This document shows, piece after piece, positions 50,640 to 64,000 of a stretch of 64,000 nt of DNA. The position numbers were made by a program, and so were the translations under genes. This stretch comes from Octopus sinensis (taxonomy: Eukaryota). Below the pieces are notes generated by a model. It was not told the origin of the DNA and ran no database searches. It was given only the letters and a program-made list of their open reading frames with translations. The DNA is taken from NCBI RefSeq assembly GCF_006345805.1, contig NC_042999.1, forward strand, positions 11,842,001 to 11,906,000. The letters are read 5' to 3'. Positions within the stretch are counted from its first letter, which is position 1, and every line of letters starts with the position of its first letter.

Positions 50640-51615
50640 GATGATGATTTCTTTTATTTGCCACCAGGGCAAAGGACAAAGGGGACAATACAAAGACAAG
50701 TGTATAGTGTGGAGATTTACATATGATGAAATGATAAAAAAAGAAGAAGTATACACAGTATACGATCAAAGAAAGAAGGGAGATACACATGGTATGCATT
50801 AAAAAGGGGGGAAAAGGATGTGGTCCTCTTGATACAGGATAGTTTCTTGGGATAACAGAGGAACCCCACCGTCCAAGATTTCCCTGAATACTAAGGGCTT
50901 TGCTCTCTCTCCAATTCCTTTTCTCTGACTCACAGCTCTATACTTAGAACGGTACGACCCACTCTTGCCATTTTCGCAAATTTCACCTACCTTTCAATAA
51001 ATTCACTCGAGTACAGCACTCTCCACTCTCACTTTCCTTTTCAAGTCAAACTTGAAAAAGTCGATGAGGACTCTATCAAAGAGGAATGTGTCTGTCCCCA
51101 TGCCTTTCAGCCTCGCCCACTAGACAAGCTCTTTTATCACAGTCCTCTAGCAAAAGAAAACTGCCTTGTCTGTCCGATTAAAGGAAGGTGGCGGGCGAAT
51201 CATCACCATGGACTCGGCCAATAAACTGGTCCCTCCCACACACAAAGGAAGCTGTTCAGCATAACTCCACAAGTAAGCAATTTCCGGAGTGCGTACAGGA
51301 CAGTTTCGTCACTTTGCACGCTTCTCAGACAAGTCCGTCTGGCAGTACATTCGTGTCTGTAGAGTTTATCTCGAACTACTAGCGCCCCCACCCGATCGCA
51401 CTGGCAGGCCTATGACATCTGAAAATTATGGTTGTCCCCGACCGAAAAATCCTTCAGAACAGACTCGCCTAGAGTCTCTCCGAGGATGTCGTCGCACTTC
51501 CCCGCCACTAATCCTCTCTATATTACTAAAATGGAACATCCACCGACCCCATTGCCCAACTGCTGGCGGGCTATTAGAGCCTGACGACATTTTAAATGCC
51601 AGGCACCCAGTTTCG
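50640..51615 (-). mobile_element. L1/Tx1 LINE 3' part with 3' UTR
   Basis: VRDKLYRH..RTCLRSVQSDETVL (decayed CCHC) and DFFKFDLKRKVRVE; ends gcaaataaaagaaatcatcatcatt. Confidence 0.75.
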
Positions 51616-51721
51616 GTCTTTCCTTCACTCAGGACTGCAGCTCTGTCAAAGAGAGCAACAACAAATGCAACGAGCTGGCAGAATCGTTAGCACACCGGGC
51701 AAAATCCTTAGCGGCATGCGT

Positions 51722-52812
51722 GAGGCTCTGATCAATTCAGATTAGTTGAAAGCTTTTAATGGAATCAACCATCAAGACTTGGAGCATGATCCATTCAGAC
51801 GCCAGCGTAATAATCTCGGACACACCATAAACATCGGAGTGATCAACACTTCACAAGGGAGCACGAGATGGTGACAGGAGCGAAAATTAACAAGTCACTG
51901 GACCAGCAGTTTGCCACATGCAAGGGCAGTCCATACCATCCAACAACATCTCAGGGCTCTAGACGGATGGGACTAGTTAAATTGCTCGAGGTTTAGTTTG
52001 CGAAGATGAAATAAGCAGGGTAGTTTCACATAGAAATGGGTCGAGAAGTAACTATCCCTAAAGGGTCGGACAAAACTGGCAAATGCCTACGTAGCAGCAT
52101 TCGTAATCAACTACCACCAGCCTTGCTCCGCTTTATGGCTGACCAGAATGGAGAACTGGCTCTTTTACTTTCTATGTAGGCACCTGTTCTTCCAGTATGA
52201 CGGTCCATTTGCTGTGAATATCCGTTGCATGAAGGACTTGGCATGTCGTGTCTGATAATGCGCAGACATGCTGAGGCTTACGGTATCTTCGGTATTCCCT
52301 TGAGCAAGTGTGGTTACCGTTAGTAACACCTACTTTTCTACAGCTCGGCTCTTTGATAGAGCAGCAGTCTTGGCCGGATGCCAGTCGAACCACGCGGTCA
52401 GGGGATATTCTACCATGGCGTTCTATAGAGTATTAACGGTAGATAAGAGCGACGATGTCCCCGAGGAAAATTCTATACGTTGATGAAAATCAACTGGTTG
52501 CAGGTCTTCTTCCAGAGGACTTTCGGGTATGGATCATTTCTAGAAATCTCTGGCTTGGCAATACTAACGGTGAAATGAGGGTGGGTGGAACATTGCCGGT
52601 TCGAGATGAACTCTACTGACATGATAATGTCGTCAGACGTGCCTGTCCGAGACGGGCACGCAGAGCGACGTGCTCGTACAATGCTGCTTTCACATGTAGG
52701 ACAGATCCGGCTATCCGCCGATTCCGCCGTGAAGATCGCTCCGCGGCTTTCTGTTGGCCAGGAAGGGGAGACAGTTTCCCCTAGCCTGGTGGCTAAGGCA
52801 AAAGAGGTTGAT
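51722..52812 (+). mobile_element. L1/Tx1 LINE, second diverged copy (RT to C-terminus, internally deleted)
   Basis: ALINSD*LKAFNGINH, LSLKGRTKLANAYVA, EGLGMSCLIMRRH and GTLPVRDELY*H..RRACPR. Confidence 0.75.
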
Positions 52813-52999
52813 TAAAAAGGTTTTTTCCCTCTTTATTCACAATCACTATATCCGTCTTCCGACGTTCGACATTTTAGTTATATCGAATAATTACATCTTG
52901 CTGTATCTTTACCTTGTTTGTCCTCAATTACTTCTGGAGTTTGGTCAAGAGAGGTAACTTACAGAACTGCGATAATCGGCATCGTGTCTAACCCTTGTC

Positions 53000-54170
53000 C
53001 ATCTCTAACAGCATTCTCTTCGAATGAATTGAATGAGCAATTAATTGCAAGGTGGAGTAAGAGCAAACAAAATTTGTTGAGCAGGTCTTGGCACTAAAGA
53101 ACATTATTGAACTGTGCCTTGGGTGGAACGTCCTATTGTACCTGAATTTTGGCAGTGAAACCCTCTGGAAGATCTTAAGATCACAAATGATGCATGAGAT
53201 CATCGTTATTGTGATAAGTCTGTTCTGTAACGCTTTCTAATTTAATGTTATCATTGGCGGTTATTAAGTTGAAATTAATTTTCTTCGAATTATATATATC
53301 AAAATAGGCATTAAGAACTAGCTTTATACAATCAATAAGTTTGTCCGCCTCTTCCCCCCTCATCCTCCTCTTCCCCCCCTCCTCCAACCCCTCCCCATCC
53401 CCCTCTTTCTCTGTCTCTCTCATCTATATCATAAATCGTTGTGACGATGGTGGGAGTTAAAATGGGACACCGTTGAAGATTTTGTTTCCATGTGGTATAT
53501 CTTGTATATCTTGCACAGTGGCGGCTCATGTATAGGCACTGCGGAACTGCGGCACCCCCTATTTCCACTCGATATTATCGATAACATTCAATATAATGAG
53601 TCCTTTTTTCTTTATACTTGTACATTATATAATCCTTAAGCTTAATGCAAGTAGCTATCCACTAGTTTATGAAAAAAAATACAAAAATTCTTGTATAGAA
53701 CTGTGCGCTTCACAGTACCAGCGACGCAGTGTTTGGCTATTGCGCGCATGCTCACATGTCCGAGATAGGAAGCTGCACGCTAGGGAGAGCGAGCATTGTG
53801 GCTCACGTAGTGCCGACCCTGGAATGCTGGTGAAAATTAGTGTTTCTTTTTATCTAAACAACAACTCTATTCAGAAACTAAGACTCATCTTCTGTTTGGC
53901 TCTGTTGCTCGGTTTTCAGAGTTAGACCCTGCTTCCAATGTTCTCTTCATTGAGGACCCGGCTAAGTTGACAACTAATGTTGGTCGATCACATGCCACAT
54001 GATTACTGTGAAGATTAAGAAGTATCTCGTGGAAATGGGGACTGACTGGGACTCTGCTCGGCAGGTCGTCCAAGAGGACTTGGGAATATACCGACAGATG
54101 GTGAATACAGCAACGCGCTGCAACGGTGCATGCACCCCCCCCCACATCCGACCTGACAAACATTAACTTT
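53000..54170 (+). mobile_element. Scattered remnants of an old RTE LINE
   Basis: EQVLALKNIIELCLGWNVLLYLNF..ETLWKILR (53070-53190) and KKYLVEMGTDWDSARQVVQEDLGIYRQMVNTATRCNG (54010-54130). Confidence 0.55.
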
Positions 54171-54954
54171 AAATCACTGAACGAGAATTAAATTGAGGCA
54201 AATCCCAGACTGAGCCTAAATTCCACGTAATAACAGTTTTTGTGCTTCTCCACAATCAGCTGTTTTATTTATAATTCTTTCTTTACTTAAGAAGCCGACG
54301 GGCAAATACTATAAAACGGGAGACCAGCTGCGAATGTTTTTGTTTTTGTTTTTCTATTTTTCCAAACTCCTTGCAAACTACTTTAAACACATGAGTTGAT
54401 ATTATACAATTAACACAAGCTTTGTGCTCATTTCTCAACCAAGCCTACACCCGAAAAGTCCATTGACCGCATCGACGTGGCTCATCTGGGAAAAGTTCTT
54501 ATTGCTGATTATCTTAAAATAGAAAACAAAATATAAATTATTTACAGCTAAATATTGCTAAAAAAAAGAAAAGAAAACCAAAGCAAAGAAATAAAATAAA
54601 CAAATATGATTAAGAATAAAGAGAAAATAGTGCTGCTTTCCACATAAAGCAGGCGATATTAATATGGCTGCGCCGTGCCATTAATTTGACGAACCACACC
54701 CAAATGTACACAGATTGCGTTTCTTCGGAGTTATTTACAACTCAATCTTTATTTCTATCTTTATTTTTATTTCGCTTGTGAGTTTGTGATTTTACTACGA
54801 TCTGGTGCCCCACTCTCTCTCTCTCTCTCTCTCTTCGCTTTTAGTACATACACTCACACACATATATATGTATATACGTGTGTATATATATATATAATAT
54901 GTATATAATATGTATATATATATATATACATACATACATACATACATACATACA

Positions 54955-54985
<31 letters not shown>

Positions 54986-55439
54986 GTGTGCATATGCATA
55001 CGCGCGCACGCGCGTAAGTATCCTTTATATCCGTTATGATTGACGGAATGTTTTTGAAACTTTGACTTTCGCAGAAACACTGAGGGAGCAAGTTTTTTCA
55101 CGTAATCTTATTGTCTGGTTAATAATAATGACCGTTTGATGTGTGTATATGCTTGTGAGTGATTATGTATGTGTATATTTGTTTGTAATATATGTGTGTA
55201 TATGTGTATTGTTTAGCTTGAAGCCAGACCTGATCGAACATGAATTATGAAGAAGGCTCTCCAGATGTGACAATCAAATCCTTTTTATATGCATTGTGCC
55301 TTAGAATCACGTTTTAAAAATAAGCTTTTTTCGACGACGTTAAGACTTGATCTGAGAGAGATTTGGTTCCTATTTTTAGCAAATCGTACGACTATATAGA
55401 AACTTCCTTGTTGGTTTGCCTGCATTAATATATGATGAT

Positions 55440-55508
<69 letters not shown>

Positions 55509-58481
55509 ACGTGTGTATGTCTGCTACGTGTGTATGTGTTGTGTGTGTGTGTTCCTGTGAGTACAAAAGTACAATGAGGTACTCGTTTTTATTGGAAAGT
55601 ACATTAACGCTACTGACTCATTTGTAAGCAGTGGTTACTGGTGAGAGCGTGTGCATATTTTGAACACACACGCGTAGGTAAGTGTGTGCGCGCGCGTGCA
55701 ATTACGTGAATATAGAAGACGAATTTCTGAGTGTCCGCCACCACCCAAGACATTTCCGTCAGAAGCAGGGGTCAGCTACCCCTACATTTGGACCTTTACA
55801 TATAATTCAACTGTATGGTCTATTTAGCGATTGTGTACGTCTTGCAAAAGCAATTTATGTGACACTAAAACTAGTAGAGTTCCATCAAAATAGAATATAC
55901 AAGTAGTCCTTTACTGCAAAGCATTTATAGTTGAATATCGAAACTTCGAAGTCACAGTCAAACTTTTCCTTGCAAAAAATATATAAAAATATAATGTTTC
56001 GGGCTAGCAACTGTCATCAGACTGATTTACTAGCTTGATGACCTGTACGTATGTATGTATGTATGTATGTGTGTATGTATGTATGTATGTATGTATGTAT
56101 GTGTGTATGTGTGTATGTATGTATGTACATATGTGTGTGTGGAGAGAAAGAGAGAGGATGGGAATAATTAACATTAACGAAAAGAACGAAAGGGGTAATA
56201 GTTGAATCAGTGATTAATGCCAGAGACAAAGAGAGAGAGAGGGGGGGAATAGAGAAGGTCCATAGTGTTAAAGAGAGAGTGAAGGGGAGGTATATTATTC
56301 TGCATTTGTCTTTTGTAAACGCTGGCACAATCGAAATGTTTAGCAGAATGAAACAATGTCATGAAGATCTACAAATTCATGCTTTAAAAGATATTTATCG
56401 ATAGATGGTCAAAACAAAGTGAAATTAATTTAGTTAGCGAATAGTTGTGGAAGTTACGCTTTTGTCTTTTACATGTTCCAGACCAGAACCGGCAGCGGTG
56501 ATGGGGCAACACTGTTATTCATATTTTTCTTTTCCTTTAAATGCTTATCGGTATTATGAAACTAAAGTAAATACAGAGGGGGTAACTAGATATAATAGTC
56601 ACTTAGACAGACAGGCAAACAGAAAAACAGACAGACAGAAGGACGAACGGATGGGAAGGTAGGTAGGTAGGTAGGTAGGTGAGTCTACAGATATATCAAA
56701 AGTTGTGCAAATAGAAAGATACATTAATAGATATACAAATAAATAAATCGCTGAAGTGAAGTGAAATGAAAAAGGATCTGGTTAAACTAATTCACAAAAT
56801 CTGCATTTTTTTTAAAAAAGGAAGTAAATAATCTGAAATTCGGATATATTAATGTAGTTTTTCACTCTTATTACTATGAAGGCATGATGTTGTGGAGAAA
56901 ATATTGGAGGAAAAAGTTAGATATAAAAAAAAATAAAAACGAAAAAACTGTGTAGTTTTGGCTAATAGCGAGGCAGAGATTTTCTGCTTTTAGCGGTGTT
57001 AATTTTAAGGTTGTACCCTGTGAAATTTATAGTTTAGCGTCTGTGAAATGACCTGTTCATTGTAGGTTTCTAAATAAGTAGAAATACCTAATAAAATCAA
57101 CATGTATCATCTTACTGTTTCTTTTGTCTCTTCATTGATTTCTGTAACATTTTGTATGTTTCTATTACTTTTTAAAAATTTATATAAATGTATTTGTCTA
57201 TATGTGTTTACTTGATGCGTATTTCAGTAATATGTATACCTGTCATGTATTTGTGTACAACATTAATATATAAGTGCATGTGGATGTATGTATTCATATA
57301 TAAGTTTATATGTACATTTGTACATTCATGTGTGTGTGTGTGTGAAGGGGGCGTCTTCAAAACTCCAAAGTTGAGTAACGTTTTCATGCTTGGATTTGTA
57401 AACTACGATAAGAATAACACTGGTTAACAAAGACTTTGTCTAAAAAACAACCCCTGTATCTCATATGTTTTTGCATGCAGAATTCAAAAATAATGTCAAA
57501 TTATCTGCATCACCCACAGTTTCTCTGTTCCACGATATCCCTCTCAGTTCCTGTTACGTGGGCTAGATTTCAGATAAGTTGCTGAAATGTGAAGCTAACG
57601 GTTTAAGAAATACTCCTAATTTAGATGTTTATGAATAGAATTAACCTAGTGAAATCATAAATCCAGCTATCTGAGTCAATGAGTCCCTGAAGCTTGGCAA
57701 TACTGAGTCGATGAGCCACCGATGCTTTGTCAGTACCGTGCTTCAAGTGTAGGTGTGAGGTTGTGTACTAATTTCACATATTCCATTCACCTTCATAATG
57801 CCAAGAAACTGTATAAACGTCGCAAACAACTTTTGCTATATATGAAAAATATGTAAAATATTAAGACAATAGACGAAAAATATCTATAATAAAATTCTAA
57901 TTGATACATATGAATTTTTATTAAAACAAAGCCCGCGGGTGAAGTAAATCTGGTGCTGTGAAGAATCGACACAACACAACACGTGCGGGTGAAGTGAAAC
58001 CCAACTCAACGTGCGGTTGGCATGGTAACAAGCTGTTAATGCCACTCTGTCTGTTGATTGGCTAAAATTACCCAAATTTCCCAACTGTAATTCCAAATAA
58101 CATCAGATTCTTTAATTTACGAGATAAAGTAATTGGTTGATCGTAACCAAAATTTAGAGTTGCATCGATACAGCAAAATTGAAAGCAATCTGAGCAAAAT
58201 TAAAGCGGGGGGGGGGGGGTGATTTTTGGAATCATTTTAACTAGATTCATGAAAAGAAATGTAAGTCACTCGAACTGAATCTCGTTGGTGGTTGGACAGC
58301 GAACAGAATAGTTTGTTGACATAGTTTTGTTGCTTAAAATTCCTTCACTTAACGCTTGCGATCCAGTCAATTAGTGATCGTCTGCTCAATCGAAACATTT
58401 GCTTATAAAACATGGACAACGGTTAGACCTCATTAGCTAAACAGAGAACGAACGGAAAAGATAAAAAAAAAAGGCATGTAT

Positions 58482-58638
58482 AGGCGCTATCGCGGCTGTG
58501 TGGGTAAGAAGCTTGCTTCCTAACCACATAGTTCCAGGTTCAGTCCCACTGCAAGTGTCTTCTATTATATCCGTGGGCCGGCCAAAACCTTGTGAGTGGA
58601 ATTGGTAGACAGAGACTGAAAGAAGTTCGTCGTATATA

Positions 58639-58723
<85 letters not shown>

Positions 58724-58748
58724 TTTGTGTCTGTGTTTGTCCCCCACC
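58482..58748 (+). mobile_element. Major SINE, 5' part
   Basis: gcggctgtgtgggtaagaagcttgc...gtctgtgtttgtcccc. Confidence 0.8.
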
Positions 58749-59628
58749 CCATATGTGTCCATATAATATTTGTACATATATCATGAATGACTTCACTTGT
58801 CTGCGTGAGTTTGTGTGTCTTCGTACGTAACAAGCGAAGTTCTGCGCATTTTCTTTTTCGTCAAAAATTGGCGACAATTGTTTTTGTTTTATAATAAGAA
58901 ACAAAATTCTTCAGTTCTGAGGTTTCTAGGTTTCAGATTCCTCTCAAATACTTTCAGGCACTGGGTATTTATGTGCAAGAGTACATAGGTCAATGCATTT
59001 TTATCGTGACACAACCTAGTTTAGTCTACGAACATGGGACACGCATACAAACAGAATTTAAATATTAGTATCATAAATATGATTTATTTCCATATTAGAC
59101 ATTTCTCTTTTCTTACACTTGTACCAATTTGGAAAATAATATCGATAATTCTTTAATTCCTTTTCCTTTTTTTTTCTTTCTATTTATGCGCATAATCATG
59201 TATTTGAGATTTTATTTTCTTCTCTGTTCTAAGCTGTTGAAAGTTTATTTCTAACACTTATTTATCTCTCTATGAAATGTTATTATTTAAAGTTAGAATC
59301 AGGAAATCCATTTCGTTAACAAAATCTCGCTCAAAAATGTTTCGTAACAATTCTTAGTTATTGGTGCTGGCCATCACATGACAGGTAACTTTGAAGGTAG
59401 ACTTTGGCTGTCACTGGTAATATTCGGAAATATGGCAAATGTACAGTAATTGTAATCGAGCATTTACCAAATTTCTTGGTGCTTATACAAAATGATGAAA
59501 TGAAGACTAATTTTCCAAAGAAACATTGAATAAAATAAATTTCTCATTTGTGTAGCTCCTCCCATAACTACTCTGTAATTTCCTCCTCCTCCTCCTCAAT
59601 GATTCTTTCTCACTGTGTGTGTGTAAGA

Positions 59629-59673
<45 letters not shown>

Positions 59674-59764
59674 TGTGCGTAGCGTTTATCTGCTCATTCC
59701 CACCAAGCCTCATCTTACACATTTTATCTTAACTCTTTCTTTGTATCTCTCTTTACTCTCTCTT

Positions 59765-59806
<42 letters not shown>

Positions 59807-60985
59807 ATGACGTAAAACATAGCTGGAGGAACCAACCAACCAGCCAACCGACCAACCGACCAGCCAACCTACGTTTCTATCAGCTGTTATTATTTTATAG
59901 AAATACCCTAACTTGTCTTATAGGGTCTTGGCTCTCCTTCATTCGACTGTTCTGTGTCAACAACTCGCTATTTCGCCTCATTTTCTGTATATTTGATATT
60001 CTCCGAAGGATGGTCCTTGATGAGTCTTGTCTGCAATTTCGTTTCAATACACTGTTTACGCTGGGAGAGGCATGAATATGACAACACCCACTTCCATTAC
60101 TCTACATCAAGTCAGCAGAGCTTAGATGTGTATCACTGATTACACAAATTAGGAAGCCACTACACAGACACTTGGATGTTTGACACTATTTATTTTACAA
60201 AGAGCGTTAGATAAATAAATAATTTATCAGTTCATTTTCTCCCTGTCTATTTACTTTTCTTAGCCATTTCATCTGAACACTTGGTGTCCTGCTGCTAACA
60301 ACAGATTCCCTGTTTCTTCACATAAATTTTCCTCAACTTCTACACCCTCATCTTCCTCGTTGTGTCTTACATTTCATGTCGTTGCTTTTCCAGCTCCAAC
60401 TTCACTCATGTTTCAACTTAGACAACATTTACACCATTTAAATGGGTTTTAAACTTATCACACAACATTTCATCGCCTCATTTTTCTGATGTTTTTCGTT
60501 TCATATAAAAACTACGACGTCGTTGGTCTTCCATCTCATGTTTGAAGTTAAAGTTGGTAAACTTCTTATATCTCGATCAATTCATGGAATCATTGATGAC
60601 TTATTGACCCTCCATTTCATGTTTTCTAAAATAGAATTTAAAAGCATAACTAAGTAAAACATTTCTTTATTTAAAAACAATTCCTTCATTCAACCTTTGT
60701 GTTTGTGTTGTTTTTTAATAAGAAATATTTAAAGAAATTTAATGAAAATACTTTAGCAAAATAGATAAAGCATAATAAACATTCAGTTCGATTACTTTGA
60801 TGAAGTCGGAATATTTGACGTGAAATATGTGCTTACTAATTGAATACTAGTTATTGCATCGACACTTGTCTGGAAATTAGTGAGTTTTAACCTTAAATTA
60901 ACGCTCTCTTGTATTTTCACTTCGCTAATAATTCACTACCCTTAATGTTGAAACTCATTTCTGCTTACTCTGGCATATATAATAT

Positions 60986-61016
<31 letters not shown>

Positions 61017-61151
61017 GTATATGTATATGTATATATATATATAATTGCCAGAGTGAGTACATAAATGTGAAACAAGGTAGAAAAAAATAGTACTCGAATA
61101 CCGGAGGTAGAGTAATATGCTTTATTAATAACTATCGGGCAGCTTTTAAGC

Positions 61152-61200
<49 letters not shown>

Positions 61201-61362
61201 ACTTGGAAATGGATGCGTGGCATTCAATGAAATAATATAAATAGTACATATATATATGCATATATGTGTATATATATACATACATAAATAAATACATACA
61301 TACATACATACATACATACATACATACATACATACATACATACATGTGTGTATATATATACA

Positions 61363-61398
<36 letters not shown>

Positions 61399-61423
61399 AT
61401 ATATTATATATATATATATATAT

Positions 61424-62140
61424 ATGCATATATGGGTACAGGACATCACCAAACAGTAACAACATGAAATGCGAAAGCAAATGAATTCAATACGCAAACG
61501 AGAGAAACAAATAGAAAACAGGGCAAGTAACATAAAGAACGACCCTTCATCAGTCGTCGGCTGTCTGTCTACTCCCCATTTCGAGCACTGAACGACAATA
61601 TGAGTCTTCGAAGACAGTTGCTCCCTTACGTACCCAAAAAAAATTTGGGACTTATGGAGGGTCAAAGTTGGGAACAAAATCAGAACAGTAGAGACATACA
61701 AAGAAACCGAATGAAAACAAATATGGAGGACTGCTGGACCAGAACGAGGGTAGAAAATAGTGAACGCTGGAGTAGAATTTTCTTTGACAAGAGAAAAGAT
61801 ATGAGAGATGGGATACGTGCTGTCGTGAAAGAAAAGAAAGATGATTACGTGAGGAAGAGGAAAATTGATGATGGTTACGTGTGAGCAACGAGAGAGAGAG
61901 AGAGAGAGAGAAACGAAGAGAGGGAGAGGGAAAGAGGGAGAGAGAGAGAGAGAGAGACCGAAGACTAATATTGTCGTTCAATGCTCGAAATGGGGTGTAG
62001 ACAGACAGCCGACAACTGATGAAGGGTCGTTCCTTATATTACTGGTCCTGTTTTCCATTTGTTTCTCGTGTATTGAACTCATTTGCTTTCGTATTTCATG
62101 TTGTTTACTGTTTGGTGATGTCCTGTACCCATATATGCAT
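61424..62140. repeat. Foldback with ~185-bp arms, mirrored microsatellites outside
   Basis: 61424-61610 is the reverse complement of 61959-62140. Confidence 0.9.
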
Positions 62141-62236
62141 CTGTGTGTGTGTGCATATATATATATTATATAATATATATATATGTATATATATGTGTGT
62201 GTGTTTATGTATATGTATATATGTATGTATGTGTAT

Positions 62237-62272
<36 letters not shown>

Positions 62273-62293
62273 ATATATATATATATATAATAT

Positions 62294-62326
<33 letters not shown>

Positions 62327-62978
62327 GTGTGTACATATATATCTATATATCTATATCTACACACACACACTCACACGCACACAGCGCGCAATCATATTTG
62401 AAAATATGAAGCAATATTAAAATAATGTTTTAACTGTATATCGCCTCCTTATTTTACTCTACTGCCTCCGTTCATTTAATAAAAAAACATATTTTGCCGT
62501 CTGTGTAACATACTTATTGCAAACACATCACGAGAAGCCAAATTATCTGTGGTTTTCGTCCGGAGATGATATCTCTTGCGGACGTTCCGTGTTAAATACT
62601 GCAAATATATCAATAGCAGATTAAAACCATCCAACAATTGTAGTGAGAATGTCAGTTGTGCATTTCTGTCTCTTTGTGTTTCGTCAGCAGTATGTACCCA
62701 CTGGCAACTGCAGGATAAGACAAAATCCATTGTCACTGATAAAGAAAAACAGTGATTGAAATATCACTGGCATTGTAATTAGCCGATTGGCTGAATAAAA
62801 ATCCGCGTTATGTGTAACAAAAACAGAATTAGATTAGAATAAACAACTGTGTATCATACTTAATGCAAATACATCACAAAACCCCAAATTAACTGCGGTA
62901 TTAGTCCGGAGATAATATCTCATGGGCGTACTGTGCTAAATAACAACATATGTTTATTATATTAATATATATTGTATA

Positions 62979-63053
<75 letters not shown>

Positions 63054-63072
63054 ATATATATATTATATAGAT

Positions 63073-63310
63073 TATATTAAATTAGAGACAAAACCACTAT
63101 TAGGCAAATCAAACAATGAGAAACTTAAGCCAATACATATGATTAATTTATATTATTTAAATATATAACAAAATTATTAAAAAAATATCATTAATTAATT
63201 TTTTTAATAATTTTGTTATATTTTAAATAATATAAATTAATCATATGTATTGGCTTAAGTTTTTCATTGTTTCATTTGCCTAATAGTGGTTTTGTCTCTA
63301 ATTTAATATA
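63073..63310. repeat. Near-perfect ~240-bp AT-rich palindrome, same family as 30728-30978
   Basis: ~115-bp arms with an ~11-nt loop; 63310-63395 is the reverse complement of 30728-30815. Confidence 0.9.
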
Positions 63311-63396
63311 ATATAATATTTTACTATAAAATTGCATTCAAATCCTAACTCTGATTTTTCCATGTAAGTTTGGATTTATTCCCTAATATTTATTAT

Positions 63397-63473
<77 letters not shown>

Positions 63474-64000
63474 GTATATATATATGTATATATATGTATA
63501 TGTAATATATATATATACAATTTTATTATGAGGTCCAGATGACTTCAGATATGTTTGATAATAAGCAACATGGCGTTGTATTGGACAAGAGGATAAGTTA
63601 TTAAATGACCAACTCAAAGACCGAGACTTTAATCTTACTGCAGGCGTTTCAGTAAGGCATTTTATTTAACTCCACGAGATTTACTAAAAAATATGTTAGT
63701 TACCTTGCGATGGATCAACATCTTATTTCAAACAAGTTTTTTTCTTTCTTTTTTTTTGTGTTATAGAAAATGTAGTCGTGTTTGGTTCGTGAAAAATTTA
63801 CCTCAGTTCATGGCCAAATACATTTGGTCAATGTCAATATTTTCTTTCAGTTCCTCTCAACTCCTCAAGCCCCGTGTTTAGTCTAAACCGACTGGAACTT
63901 TCTCATGAATAATGAATGAATAACAATTAATTAATTGCCCGGTAATTTTTTTATAGAGTTTTTCTTTCATTCTATTATTTACTAAAAATAATTAATCCTT

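Noticed and set aside
53120-53230. Apparent minus-strand exon with CAG|GTACAA donor
   Set aside because: The plus strand is an RTE reverse-transcriptase remnant.
61959-62040. CTGATGA in both arms of the 61-62 kb foldback
   Set aside because: No stem II followed by GAAA comes after it.

Overview
AT-rich, microsatellite-dense eukaryotic DNA, most likely an octopus intron or intergenic region. The species call is an inference from the tRNA-derived SINE families with RTE-type tails, the RTE/Tx1/R4 LINE mix and the (TA)n/(TATG)n/(CA)n load. No protein-coding gene is confidently identifiable: the long ORFs in the track are microsatellite read-throughs or transposon remnants. The window is a stack of mobile elements: R4/Dong-like RLE LINE fragments, RTE and L1-Tx1 fragments, a Gypsy integrase remnant, a 3.5-kb Charlie-type hAT nested in an R4 LINE (removing it restores the LINE frame), non-autonomous Helitrons, several SINE families, GG-terminal MITEs with 8-bp TSDs (two with telomere-like cores) and many long foldbacks in (TA)n. 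The most interesting unexplained signal is a set of minimal type-I hammerhead ribozyme motifs (three well formed, one decayed) with short palindromic stem III, of the Penelope/retrozyme kind. Also notable are a (CATA)n tract at the 5' junction of three R4-like LINE copies and a CCAAT/YY1/CRE-ETS promoter-like cluster at about 41.9 kb.
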